Positions 1-7,590 of a stretch of 64,000 bases of DNA are shown in pieces. The notes beneath the pieces are model-generated. The model made no database searches. It was not told the origin of the DNA and was given only the letters and a program-made list of their open reading frames with translations. The translations under genes were made by a program, and so were the position numbers. The first letter of the stretch is position 1. The number at the start of each line of letters is the position of its first letter. Source of the DNA: an uncultured Pseudobdellovibrionaceae bacterium (GTDB lineage Bacteria > Bdellovibrionota > Bdellovibrionia > Bdellovibrionales > UBA1609); NCBI GenBank assembly GCA_964360255.1, contig CAYHVK010000014.1, positions 10,384-74,383 of the forward strand. Reading direction: 5' to 3'.

Positions 1-339
1 TAAATCTTCAGGACGAACAACTGGATATTGAAAATTCTCAAGCTTCACTGAGTTTTTAATCATTTCTTGCGAAAGAGGCCGATTTGCGAAAATTACATCA
101 ATCGAAGCCGAGCCCGTATACTGGACAAACTCTGCACTTTCATTGACGAGAGTTAAACTCAGACTCTTGGCGATTTCTTTAATTTTTTTCTGATATTGAC
201 CATCCACTAAAAAATCTACATCAAAAGTTGTTCTTTCGCTTCCATAAGAAAACATGGCAATACCGCCAATAATTGCAAACGGAACACTCTCTTTCTGAAG
301 CTCTGATGCAAACGAATGTAACCCTTGAATTATAGACAT
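1..339 (-). CDS. Nucleotidyltransferase-fold protein, N-terminal part only (ORF runs off the window start)
   Basis: Own minus-strand translation from ATG at 339..337: MSIIQGLHSFASELQKESVPFAIIGGIAMFSYGSERTTFDVDFLVDGQYQKK... It stays open for 113 codons to position 1. G-G-x13-D-x-D fits the minimal (Pol-beta-like) nucleotidyltransferase signature. Absent from the supplied track because it is truncated. Confidence 0.5.
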   Translation of the reverse strand, partial: MSIIQGLHSFASELQKESVPFAIIGGIAMFSYGSERTTFDVDFLVDGQYQKKIKEIAKSLSLTLVNESAEFVQYTGSASIDVIFANRPLSQEMIKNSVKLENFQYPVVRPEDL

Positions 340-377
340 GAAGAAATATTATCAGGATAAATTACTGTTGCACAAGT

Positions 378-1595
378 CTATTGCGGGATCACACCGCCCC
401 AGTAATTCTTCGGCAACTCACAGTGCTCTTCAAAATAAGCTTTGCATTTATCTTGTGCCTCAAAGCGTACAAAAAATGAAGCTACTATTTTATCTACCTT
501 CTTAAATCGATCTGGCACATAAAGAGTTTTCGGAGCAGGTCCATGCTCTTCATTTGGACTAATCCCTACCAACCTCACTGACTTCGCGCCTTTTACAATT
601 TTTTGATACTCTAAAACTTCATCTCTGCACTGAGATGTGGTTAATGGTCTTCGATAAAAAAAATCCCATAAAATTTTACCGTCTAGCACTGAAAACCCAA
701 TGAAAGCAATATCTTCTGAAGCATCTCCGCTACAGCCAAACCAGAGCTGTTCAACGGGAGTTTCAATGTCCACAAAGTTGCTAGTTCGCTTGTGAATCAC
801 GACTACCGGTGAAGCAGATGCAGATTGTAATCTTAGGTTGCTTTGCTTTTGAGGCCAGCTAAAACAGCCAACTGACATAAAGCCCATACAAAAGATGACA
901 AATATTATTTGCGCTGATCTTTCAATCGCTTGTGATAAGCTCTTAATTTTATCATTATTTCGTCTGCGTTTTTGTTCTTGCCTATTTGATGAAAAATACC
1001 CTTGTATTCTGCGCCGGCTTCTTCCCACGTGATCCTCCGCTCGAGCCGGCCCCTCATTACTTTTTTGATCTTTAGGTAATATAAAACTAGATTCAGTCGC
1101 TATTAGCGCTTTTATAAAATCCGGGGTCACAGGGTCTTCAGGTTTGAAAATTTCGTTCCAAAACTTGGTCCAACCAGCGATTAAGCGATCATATTTGTTA
1201 CCATTCGGAAATCCTAAATCATCAGGTATCGGCATAACATTTGGATCGTTTAAAATCATATCGAAGTTCTGTTTTTCGATTTCCACCAGCTCTTCAGCTG
1301 TATAGACTTCTCTTCCGCCAGGATTGAGCCGACAGTGTCCCCCACGGGTAGTTTTGTATTCAGAGCCAGTATTACTGGCTGGTATGGTCAACGGATGCGT
1401 CACTACCCACGACTTACCAGCCGGACATAATCGCCAAGGATGATTTTTATTAGAACTGCTTTTTGATTCTTCTTTAGACGAAGGGCCTTCTTTTCCTTTA
1501 CTGTCTTTCGGTTTTCTTTTGAAAATGCTGTCTAAGCCTTCTTTTAAAACACGGCTCAATATTGATTGTAAGGTTTTTTTTAAAATAGAAGGCAT
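378..1595 (-). CDS. Hypothetical bitopic membrane protein of composite architecture
   Basis: 405-codon ORF. Lys/Ser-rich N-terminus, then a Cys/His-containing region (HPWRLCPAGKSWVVTHP...GGHCRLNPGG). A basic stretch (RSRRRIQ...QKRRRNNDKIK) precedes a 20-residue hydrophobic segment AQIIFVIFCMGFMSVGCFSW and a ~150-aa C-terminal domain. No family recognised. Confidence 0.5.
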   Translation of the reverse strand: MPSILKKTLQSILSRVLKEGLDSIFKRKPKDSKGKEGPSSKEESKSSSNKNHPWRLCPAGKSWVVTHPLTIPASNTGSEYKTTRGGHCRLNPGGREVYTAEELVEIEKQNFDMILNDPNVMPIPDDLGFPNGNKYDRLIAGWTKFWNEIFKPEDPVTPDFIKALIATESSFILPKDQKSNEGPARAEDHVGRSRRRIQGYFSSNRQEQKRRRNNDKIKSLSQAIERSAQIIFVIFCMGFMSVGCFSWPQKQSNLRLQSASASPVVVIHKRTSNFVDIETPVEQLWFGCSGDASEDIAFIGFSVLDGKILWDFFYRRPLTTSQCRDEVLEYQKIVKGAKSVRLVGISPNEEHGPAPKTLYVPDRFKKVDKIVASFFVRFEAQDKCKAYFEEHCELPKNYWGGVIPQ

Positions 1596-1663
1596 GAGGC
1601 ATATTAAAATTATTGAATAGCTTCGGTCAAAATGAATATGGCTAAATAATATTTATATAAATC

Positions 1664-1695
1664 AAAAAAAAGCACGAGTTTTCACTCGTGCTTTT
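1664..1695 (-). terminator. Rho-independent terminator downstream of the DsbA-like gene
   Basis: A-run, AGCACGAG, loop ttttca, CTCGTGCT, T4. On the minus strand this is an 8-bp stem followed by a T8 run. Confidence 0.7.
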
Positions 1696-1705
1696 ATCGG
1701 CTCAT

Positions 1706-1740
1706 CGTCCGATCTCATGTCCGAAATCCGGACGGAAGCT
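1706..1740. repeat. Degenerate copy of a conserved palindromic 3'-flank element (family with 3803-3877 and 58835-58868)
   Basis: cgtccgatctcatgtccgaaatccggacggaagct shares the blocks cgatct / atgtccg / tccg.acgg / aagc with the element at 3830-3871. It contains alternative GTCCG/CGGAC and CGTCCG/CGGACG stems. A small GGCCGC-tcat-GCGGCC hairpin follows at 1741-1756. Confidence 0.45.
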
Positions 1741-1767
1741 GGCCGCTCATGCGGCCCCAAGTTGCTC

Positions 1768-2559
1768 TTAAGATTGTGGTTGCGCTAAAAGTGCGTCGAT
1801 GATTTTTACGAATGCGTCTTCAGGATAGGCTCCAGGAAGAGTGGCACCGTTAATCAAGAACCCTGGCGTACCTTCGAAACCAAGTTTCATAGCTTCGTCC
1901 ATGTCTTCTTTTAAGATCGCTTTAACTTTGGCGCCTTTACGATCTTTCTGAAGTTGTGCAACATCAGCACCTGAAGCTTTAGCAGCTTCTTTCAAGAAAG
2001 CTTCGCCTTTTTCCATCAACTGGCTTTGACCAGCAAATACAGCTGCGTGGAATTTGTAGCCAATGTCTTTGCTTTGAATCATTGCCGCCTCAGCATACTC
2101 AGCAGCCATTACGCTTGTCTTAGTACGGCCATCAAGAACTGGGAAGTTTTTGAATACGAAACGAACTTTGTCGCCATATTTCTGTTGAAGCTTCGCAACA
2201 GTTTCGTGAGCGTGAGCACAGTGACCACAGTTGTAGTCTGAATACTCGACGATAGTAATAGGAGCAGAAACATTACCGATAACGCGAGCGTCATCAATTT
2301 TTGCTTCTTTAGGTGATTTCGCTTCTTCAAGAACACGTTTTACTTCAGCCGCGATACGATCGCCTTGACCAGCTTCTTGAGCTTGGCGCTGCGCTTTTTG
2401 AACTGTTTCAAAAAACAATGCTGGGTTCTTCTCAATTGCAGCAAATACCACATCTGGGTTGGCTTCAATTGTCTTCTTAAGCTGAGATGCAGTTGGCGAG
2501 CAGCCAATAGCAGCGATCAAACCTAGACTCATTACACTGAGTAAGATTTTATTTTTCAA
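1768..2559 (-). CDS. DsbA-family thiol:disulfide oxidoreductase lipoprotein
   Basis: Lipobox signal MKNKILLSVMSLGLIAAIGC. Thioredoxin-fold CGHC active site (YSDYNCGHCAHAHE). AGGAG RBS 6 nt before a TTG start. Confidence 0.8.
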   Translation of the reverse strand: MKNKILLSVMSLGLIAAIGCSPTASQLKKTIEANPDVVFAAIEKNPALFFETVQKAQRQAQEAGQGDRIAAEVKRVLEEAKSPKEAKIDDARVIGNVSAPITIVEYSDYNCGHCAHAHETVAKLQQKYGDKVRFVFKNFPVLDGRTKTSVMAAEYAEAAMIQSKDIGYKFHAAVFAGQSQLMEKGEAFLKEAAKASGADVAQLQKDRKGAKVKAILKEDMDEAMKLGFEGTPGFLINGATLPGAYPEDAFVKIIDALLAQPQS

Positions 2560-2637
2560 TTTGTACTCCTCATGGTTGTTGATAATCTAAAATAATAGGT
2601 ATCTTCGGTTAAATATACTGACACAACGAGGGGTCGC

Positions 2638-3273
2638 ATGTCTAAAAGCTTTTATTCTTTACTACTTGTTCCAGTGCTTTTGTCGGCTTCAGCTTGGGCG
2701 GCTGAGTATAATTACGCTGAGCTGCAAACTAAAAACCTAGAGGAAATGACTTCTGTAGTCAGAAAGCAGCAGCAAAAAGTTAAGGGTTATATCAAAGATG
2801 ATGATACTGACTCTGCTATTGCAGCCCTGAAATCTGCTGCCCGTTACGTTCTGGCTCGACCTGACAGAGACGAAAACATGGTCACGAAAGTCATCGCTCC
2901 CATTAAGACTCAATTAAAAGAATTAAATGCATTTGAAAAATCGATGGACGAACTTGTTCAACAGGCTATTGATGGAATTAAAGATGACAATGTAAAGCCA
3001 GTAGATCGTGCCACTTATTATTTTGTGCTTATGAATTTCATGGCAGAATTCAAGCCCGATATCGCTAACAACCCAAAAATTCGCCCTATTTTTCAAAAAA
3101 TCAAAGATGCTAAAATCAAGCTGCACAAAAAAGTGAAGCAAGATTTAGAATATCGTGGAATGCAGAAAAACCTGCTTTCACCCTCTGAGGTGGCGACTAA
3201 GGTGCTTGAATCCGCGAAACAAGCAGCTCCGAAGACTGAACCCGACCAAGACGATCTTGAACCTGAATCTTAA
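2638..3273 (+). CDS. Hypothetical secreted protein
   Basis: Sec signal MSKSFYSLLLVPVLLSASAWA|AE. GAGGGG RBS. Helical Lys/Asp-rich sequence with no recognised family. Confidence 0.6.
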   Translation: MSKSFYSLLLVPVLLSASAWAAEYNYAELQTKNLEEMTSVVRKQQQKVKGYIKDDDTDSAIAALKSAARYVLARPDRDENMVTKVIAPIKTQLKELNAFEKSMDELVQQAIDGIKDDNVKPVDRATYYFVLMNFMAEFKPDIANNPKIRPIFQKIKDAKIKLHKKVKQDLEYRGMQKNLLSPSEVATKVLESAKQAAPKTEPDQDDLEPES

Positions 3274-3730
3274 TCTGATTCAGGCCGTCTGAAAGCTGAA
3301 TGTAATCAGAGCTCATGACTTTATCGCCAGTCTTAAACACAGTGGCTGAATAGCCATTTGATGTGTTGGTAATTTCTGTTTTGCTGATATCAAAATCGCC
3401 GCAAAGTTTTGCTCGTATTCTGAGCTGCAGTGATGTCACCTTGAGCGTTCGCTGCTCATTCTTATCCAGGCAATCCACATCAATTGTCGCCGCTCCAGTG
3501 CTCGCTACAGCGGCGACCGAGGCCGGTTGACGCTCTTGTCGAGGCAATATCGGTGCAGCTGTCTCTTCGACCAAAGTCGTGGCTACTGTCATCGCATTTG
3601 TTTCTTTATACGGGTTCGAACCGAGAACGCTCGCCACTACCGACAGACCAAAGATAGAAACTAAACCCACAGTTAGAGTGAGAATACCGAAATTGATTTT
3701 TTTAATCATCAAGAGGTCTTTAATTTCCAT
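3197..3730 (-). CDS. Hypothetical membrane-anchored protein
   Basis: N-terminal hydrophobic anchor KKINFGILTLTVGLVSIFGLSVVASVLG. No family recognised. Its 3' end overlaps the convergent gene by 77 nt. Confidence 0.5.
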   Translation of the reverse strand: MEIKDLLMIKKINFGILTLTVGLVSIFGLSVVASVLGSNPYKETNAMTVATTLVEETAAPILPRQERQPASVAAVASTGAATIDVDCLDKNEQRTLKVTSLQLRIRAKLCGDFDISKTEITNTSNGYSATVFKTGDKVMSSDYIQLSDGLNQIKIQVQDRLGRVQSSELLVSRIQAP

Positions 3731-3802
3731 ACATACCTGTCGGGATTTTGACGGTTGTATGTTAGAAACTTTGAAAGATTTAGCAGAATGGCTTGTATCA
3801 GA

Positions 3803-3877
3803 AAGGTACCTGCTTCCCGTTCGGAGAATCCGGACACGATCTATGTCCGGCTTCTCCGAACGGGAAGCAGGTACCTT
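3803..3877. repeat. 75-nt near-perfect palindrome (33-bp stem, one mismatch, 7-nt loop); founding copy of a dispersed element
   Basis: Left arm aaggtacctgcttcccgttcggagaa (3803-3828) is the exact reverse complement of 3852-3877. Inner stem ccggaca/tgtccgg, loop cgatcta. It directly abuts the stop codon (3878-3880) of the upstream minus-strand gene. Confidence 0.85.
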
Positions 3878-4687
3878 CTAGTCGGCCCAACTTAAGCCGA
3901 GAATAAATTTATCTTCAGCTGGCGAGGTTGTGCCGGTAAGGCTGGTCGCCCACCCACGTCTTAAGGTTTTAACGCCACTCAGAGTGAGTCTTTCTTCGTC
4001 GGTTTCATAATCTGAAAGCACGCGAACTGTGTTCGACACTGGATAAGCTAACGAAACGCGAACGTCTGATGCATCGAAGTTCACTTTAGTTTCGATATTG
4101 TATGGGTTCTGAATTTTTAAATCGAAATCATTGCCTGAAACGCTATAGCGTAATTTATAACCGAAACGTTTATTCGAGCCACCCGAAATATTACTGATCG
4201 CCTCTTTCGTGTCGTAAACTTTTTCACCCGCAGAAGTCTTCTTTAAAGTTTTATCCGAATAGTATTCACCCAGCCTCTTAGTCATAAAACGCCCGAATCT
4301 CTCCTGGCGCTTTTGGTATTCTTCGTGAGTGATATATTGCCCATTACCAAGATCACGGTCGAAATATTGCGAAGGTATTGACTGAATCTGTTCACCTTGG
4401 GTGCGACCAAAACCTCTTTCATAACGGTCGCGAATATCGGTGTTCATTTTTTTAGTGAAAAACTCATCATTGAAGCTGGGCTCTGTCGACTCTAATTGCG
4501 GAACAATGACCACTTCCATAGAAAGCCGATAGCGTTCATCTTTTACTGATGAAAGATAACCTGGGTGACTCTCTAATTCGCCAGCTGAAACCTGAAAACC
4601 TAGAACTAAAATAAGCATAGCTAAACCAGCGCTTATATAACGCTGAATGGTTGTGTTAGCCTGAAGTGCTCCGAATAGAGGTCTCAT
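3878..4687 (-). CDS. Hypothetical exported protein (possible outer-membrane protein)
   Basis: N-terminal hydrophobic signal (AGLAMLILVLGFQVSAGE). C-terminal half has alternating beta-like segments (FGYKLRYSVSGNDFDLKIQNPYNIETKVNF). No family recognised. Confidence 0.55.
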   Translation of the reverse strand: MRPLFGALQANTTIQRYISAGLAMLILVLGFQVSAGELESHPGYLSSVKDERYRLSMEVVIVPQLESTEPSFNDEFFTKKMNTDIRDRYERGFGRTQGEQIQSIPSQYFDRDLGNGQYITHEEYQKRQERFGRFMTKRLGEYYSDKTLKKTSAGEKVYDTKEAISNISGGSNKRFGYKLRYSVSGNDFDLKIQNPYNIETKVNFDASDVRVSLAYPVSNTVRVLSDYETDEERLTLSGVKTLRRGWATSLTGTTSPAEDKFILGLSWAD

Positions 4688-4909
4688 ACCCTATGGTATT
4701 GCAAAGCCAAGACCCAGGGCCATATCATAAGTGCTTGATTTAACTAATGTTTTACAGACATTGGCCCTCCAGATTTCGAGCTGATAAAAGTGCTGTTAGC
4801 TTCTTAACACCCCTCTCAGGGTTAGAATTTACCTCAGTCTTTTCAGGTATTTACGCACCATGCCGGACTTCTGTTGATACGCCTAAAATTGTCATTTAGA
4901 GTCTTCTTC

Positions 4910-5551
4910 ATGCAGCAAGTCCTTAAACAGCACCATGACGTTCATCTCGCCAGAAAGATCTGGCATTTTCTGGGCGTAGTATTTGTGGCGGTCTGCTATC
5001 ACAATCTTGAGCGTTCAGATTCTATTCAACTGCTTGTCATTTTCGGTACGATATTTATTACTTTCGATGTGGTTCGTCTGACGAATGACCGCGTGAACAA
5101 ATTTGCTATTCGAGTGATGGGTCCTATCATGCGGGACAGCGAAAAGAACAAACTTGCTGGCACCACCTATTTGATCGTAGGCGTTTTCGTGATCGTTCTC
5201 TTTTTCGACCCACTTATTGTTAAACTTTCGTTATTGTTTTTAGCGCTAGCAGATCCGGTAGCGAGCTATTTCGGAATTCGTTATGGCCGTGATCGCCTTT
5301 TCGGTCGCAAAAGTCTTCAAGGGAGCATGGCCGCCTTCATCTGCTGCCTCCTCATTTCACTCGGTTATTTTTACTCGAAAAATTTAATGATGGATCGCTT
5401 GTTTATGGTCAGCATCTTAGCTGGCTTAGCCGGAGCGATCTCTGAAGCCGTGCCGGTCGGGCGTCTTGACGATAACCTATTGCTGCCGGTATTAAGTTCA
5501 ACACTCCTATATGGGATTTATTATATATTCGGAGGCTTTCCAATTGCTTAA
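4910..5551 (+). CDS. CdsA-like CTP-dependent polyprenol/diacylglycerol kinase family membrane protein
   Basis: Multi-TM protein with ADPVASYFGIRYGR...KSLQGSMAAF, typical of the cytidylyltransferase/dolichol-kinase superfamily. Start at ATG 4910 preferred; TTG 4874 is possible. Confidence 0.6.
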   Translation: MQQVLKQHHDVHLARKIWHFLGVVFVAVCYHNLERSDSIQLLVIFGTIFITFDVVRLTNDRVNKFAIRVMGPIMRDSEKNKLAGTTYLIVGVFVIVLFFDPLIVKLSLLFLALADPVASYFGIRYGRDRLFGRKSLQGSMAAFICCLLISLGYFYSKNLMMDRLFMVSILAGLAGAISEAVPVGRLDDNLLLPVLSSTLLYGIYYIFGGFPIA

Positions 5552-5591
5552 CAACGATTCAAAACCAGACGGATTCAGAAAGAGGTTTTTC

Positions 5592-6422
5592 ATGGCAGCC
5601 CCAAATACAAACGGTGTCCCAGGCAAACGCCGTCTTCGCGATCGCCTTCACGTCAATATTTACATTCTTCCGAATTTACTCACGACCATAAATATGTTCT
5701 TCGGCTTCTATGCGATCATTCACTCTATTCAAGGTGATTACCTGATGGCGTCATATGCTATCGTGGCTGCGGCCGTTTTTGATTTGCTCGATGGCCGCGT
5801 GGCTCGCTGGACAAAATCGACTTCGGAATTCGGCGCTGAATACGATTCACTTTGTGACTTAGTCAGCTTCGGTTTAGCACCGGGAGTTTTGTTATTCCTT
5901 TGGTCACTTCAACCTTTTGGTCGTATTGGCTGGCTGGCGAGTTTCTTCTATGTAGCTTGCGGAGCTTTACGTCTCGCGCGCTTTAACGTTCAGAAAAAAG
6001 TTCTGAGCAAAGGTTATTTTCAAGGCTTACCGATTCCGATGGCCGCTGGTATTGTGGCCAGCGCGGTTTTAGCCTTTACAGACCTTGAGTATGAACCCTC
6101 ACACTCAATGCTTCTTCTCTCAATCACTTTCTTACTCGGCTTCGTAATGGTTTCGAGCTTTCCGTACCGCAGCTTTAAAGATATCGATCTTCGCCAAAGA
6201 ATGCCGTTTCACTATTTAGTTCTTGGCGTAGCGGTTATTGCGATCATTGCCATTCGCCCCGAAGTTATGCTTTTCGTGACGTTTATGATATACGCTTTGC
6301 TCGGTGCCGTATTCGGAGTTTTACGTATTGGTAAACCTCCCCAACTCATAGATGCTGAAGCTCAGGCAGAAGAAGACCAAGCTGAAGCAGAAGAGACAGA
6401 AGACGGCTACTCAGAACACTAA
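5592..6422 (+). CDS. pssA: CDP-diacylglycerol--serine O-phosphatidyltransferase
   Basis: CDP-alcohol phosphatidyltransferase motif DLLDGRVARWTKSTSEFGAEYDSLCD. AAGAGG RBS before ATG 5592; the track ORF starts earlier at 5511. Confidence 0.8.
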   Translation: MAAPNTNGVPGKRRLRDRLHVNIYILPNLLTTINMFFGFYAIIHSIQGDYLMASYAIVAAAVFDLLDGRVARWTKSTSEFGAEYDSLCDLVSFGLAPGVLLFLWSLQPFGRIGWLASFFYVACGALRLARFNVQKKVLSKGYFQGLPIPMAAGIVASAVLAFTDLEYEPSHSMLLLSITFLLGFVMVSSFPYRSFKDIDLRQRMPFHYLVLGVAVIAIIAIRPEVMLFVTFMIYALLGAVFGVLRIGKPPQLIDAEAQAEEDQAEAEETEDGYSEH

Positions 6423-6434
6423 GGAGCAAAGCCC

Positions 6435-7499
6435 ATGTCTTTAAAAATCGGCGTTGTCGGTGCCACCGGAATGGTGGGCGAAGCGTTTATGCACGTTCTT
6501 TCTCGCAAAAATAATTTCAAAGAAGAAATTTCTGAAGTTCGCCCTTTTGCCAGCGATAAAAGTATCGGTGCAAAGGTGACTTGCATTGGTAAAGAATGGT
6601 CCGTGCAAGGCTTGAAACAAGGTTGCTTTAAAGGTCTCGATTTAGTTTTCTTCTCGAGCGGCGATGATATTTCGGCCGAATGGGCTCCACGTGCGGTAGA
6701 TGAAGGTGCTTTCGCCGTTGATAACTCTGCTGCATTTCGTATGCATCCAGAACATCCGCTGATCGTACCTGAAGTGAATGGACATTTGATTCCACTTCGC
6801 TCAAAACCAGCGCTGATTGCGAATCCCAACTGCTCGACCATTCAACTTGTTGTGGCTTTGAAAGCTATGAAAGCCTTTGGCCTTTCAAATGTTCGTGTCG
6901 CCAGTTACCAATCTGTTTCTGGAGCCGGTAAAGCCGGTCGCGATGAGCTTATTACTCAGCTGAAATCTTTTATTCAAGAACTTGAAAGCGCACCGAACAA
7001 ATCTGTGACCCTTTACGATGAGCTTTTAAATAAAGTGCCGGACAACTTACAAACTTTTTCTCACGCCATCGCGTTCAATACGATTCCGCAAATCGGCTCA
7101 TTCGGCAAAGATGGTTTTAGCTCTGAAGAGACTAAAATCATGAAAGAAACTAAAAAAATTCTTGAAATGCCGAACCTAAAAGTGAGTGCTTTTACTGTTC
7201 GCGTGCCGAGCCTCAACTCTCATAGCGAAGCGGTATGGGTGACTTTCGATAAAGAAGTTTCTCGAGCAGAATTAGTAAAAGCCCTGAGGGACGGCGAAGG
7301 CCTTAAGTTCGATGACCAATCTTCACAGTCCAATTATCCAACCTCTCGTCTCTCTTCAGGAACCGACCCCGTCTACGTCGGTCGTCTCCACCAAGATCTT
7401 GAAGATCCGAAAACATGGCTCATGTGGGTTGTGGCTGACAATATTTTAAAGGGCGCCGCCCTCAACGGCCTGCAAATAGCGCAAAAGATTTTCAATTAG
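6435..7499 (+). CDS. asd: Aspartate-semialdehyde dehydrogenase
   Basis: N-terminal GVVGATGMVG Rossmann motif. Active-site IANPNCSTI. Length and overall pattern typical of Asd. AAGGAG RBS. Confidence 0.9.
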   Translation: MSLKIGVVGATGMVGEAFMHVLSRKNNFKEEISEVRPFASDKSIGAKVTCIGKEWSVQGLKQGCFKGLDLVFFSSGDDISAEWAPRAVDEGAFAVDNSAAFRMHPEHPLIVPEVNGHLIPLRSKPALIANPNCSTIQLVVALKAMKAFGLSNVRVASYQSVSGAGKAGRDELITQLKSFIQELESAPNKSVTLYDELLNKVPDNLQTFSHAIAFNTIPQIGSFGKDGFSSEETKIMKETKKILEMPNLKVSAFTVRVPSLNSHSEAVWVTFDKEVSRAELVKALRDGEGLKFDDQSSQSNYPTSRLSSGTDPVYVGRLHQDLEDPKTWLMWVVADNILKGAALNGLQIAQKIFN

Positions 7500-7590
7500 T
7501 GCCATTTTGGCTGTTTAGTTTTTAGACAGTCCTAGTGTGTTTACAGGGGTATTTTTCTCTCGAGTAATATGATCTATACTCCCTATCGCA

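Noticed and set aside
905-1057. A 50-codon ORF in the +1 frame inside the 405-aa gene (MRGRLERRITWEEAGAEYKGIFHQIGKNKNADEIMIKLRAYHKRLKDQRK). It is reachable by a +1 slip at the CAAAAAAGT run and ends 17 nt before an in-frame ATG of the main ORF. I considered it as evidence for a frameshifted two-gene arrangement or programmed frameshifting.
   Set aside because: The zero frame is uninterrupted and gives a sensible topology of basic stretch then TM helix. The A6 run is short for slippage and is not a canonical X-XXY-YYZ heptamer in frame. There is no stimulatory structure and no comparative evidence. It would be worth a look only if orthologs show two genes.
3579-3881. Track ORF of 100 aa on the plus strand.
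   Set aside because: Its first half is antisense to the 3197-3730 gene. Its second half is simply the translation of the 75-nt palindrome.
6419-6841. A 140-aa minus-strand ORF antisense to asd. Similar long shadow ORFs include 23721-24089, 55061-55435, 33018-33377, 15060-15461 and 45195-45596 (antisense), and 46507-46926 (same-strand alternate frame of leuS).
   Set aside because: Each lies entirely inside, or straddles, well-supported genes on the opposite strand or in another frame. Their translations are low-complexity (Ser/Arg/Pro/Ala-rich) with no RBS or recognisable motif. They are typical frame shadows.
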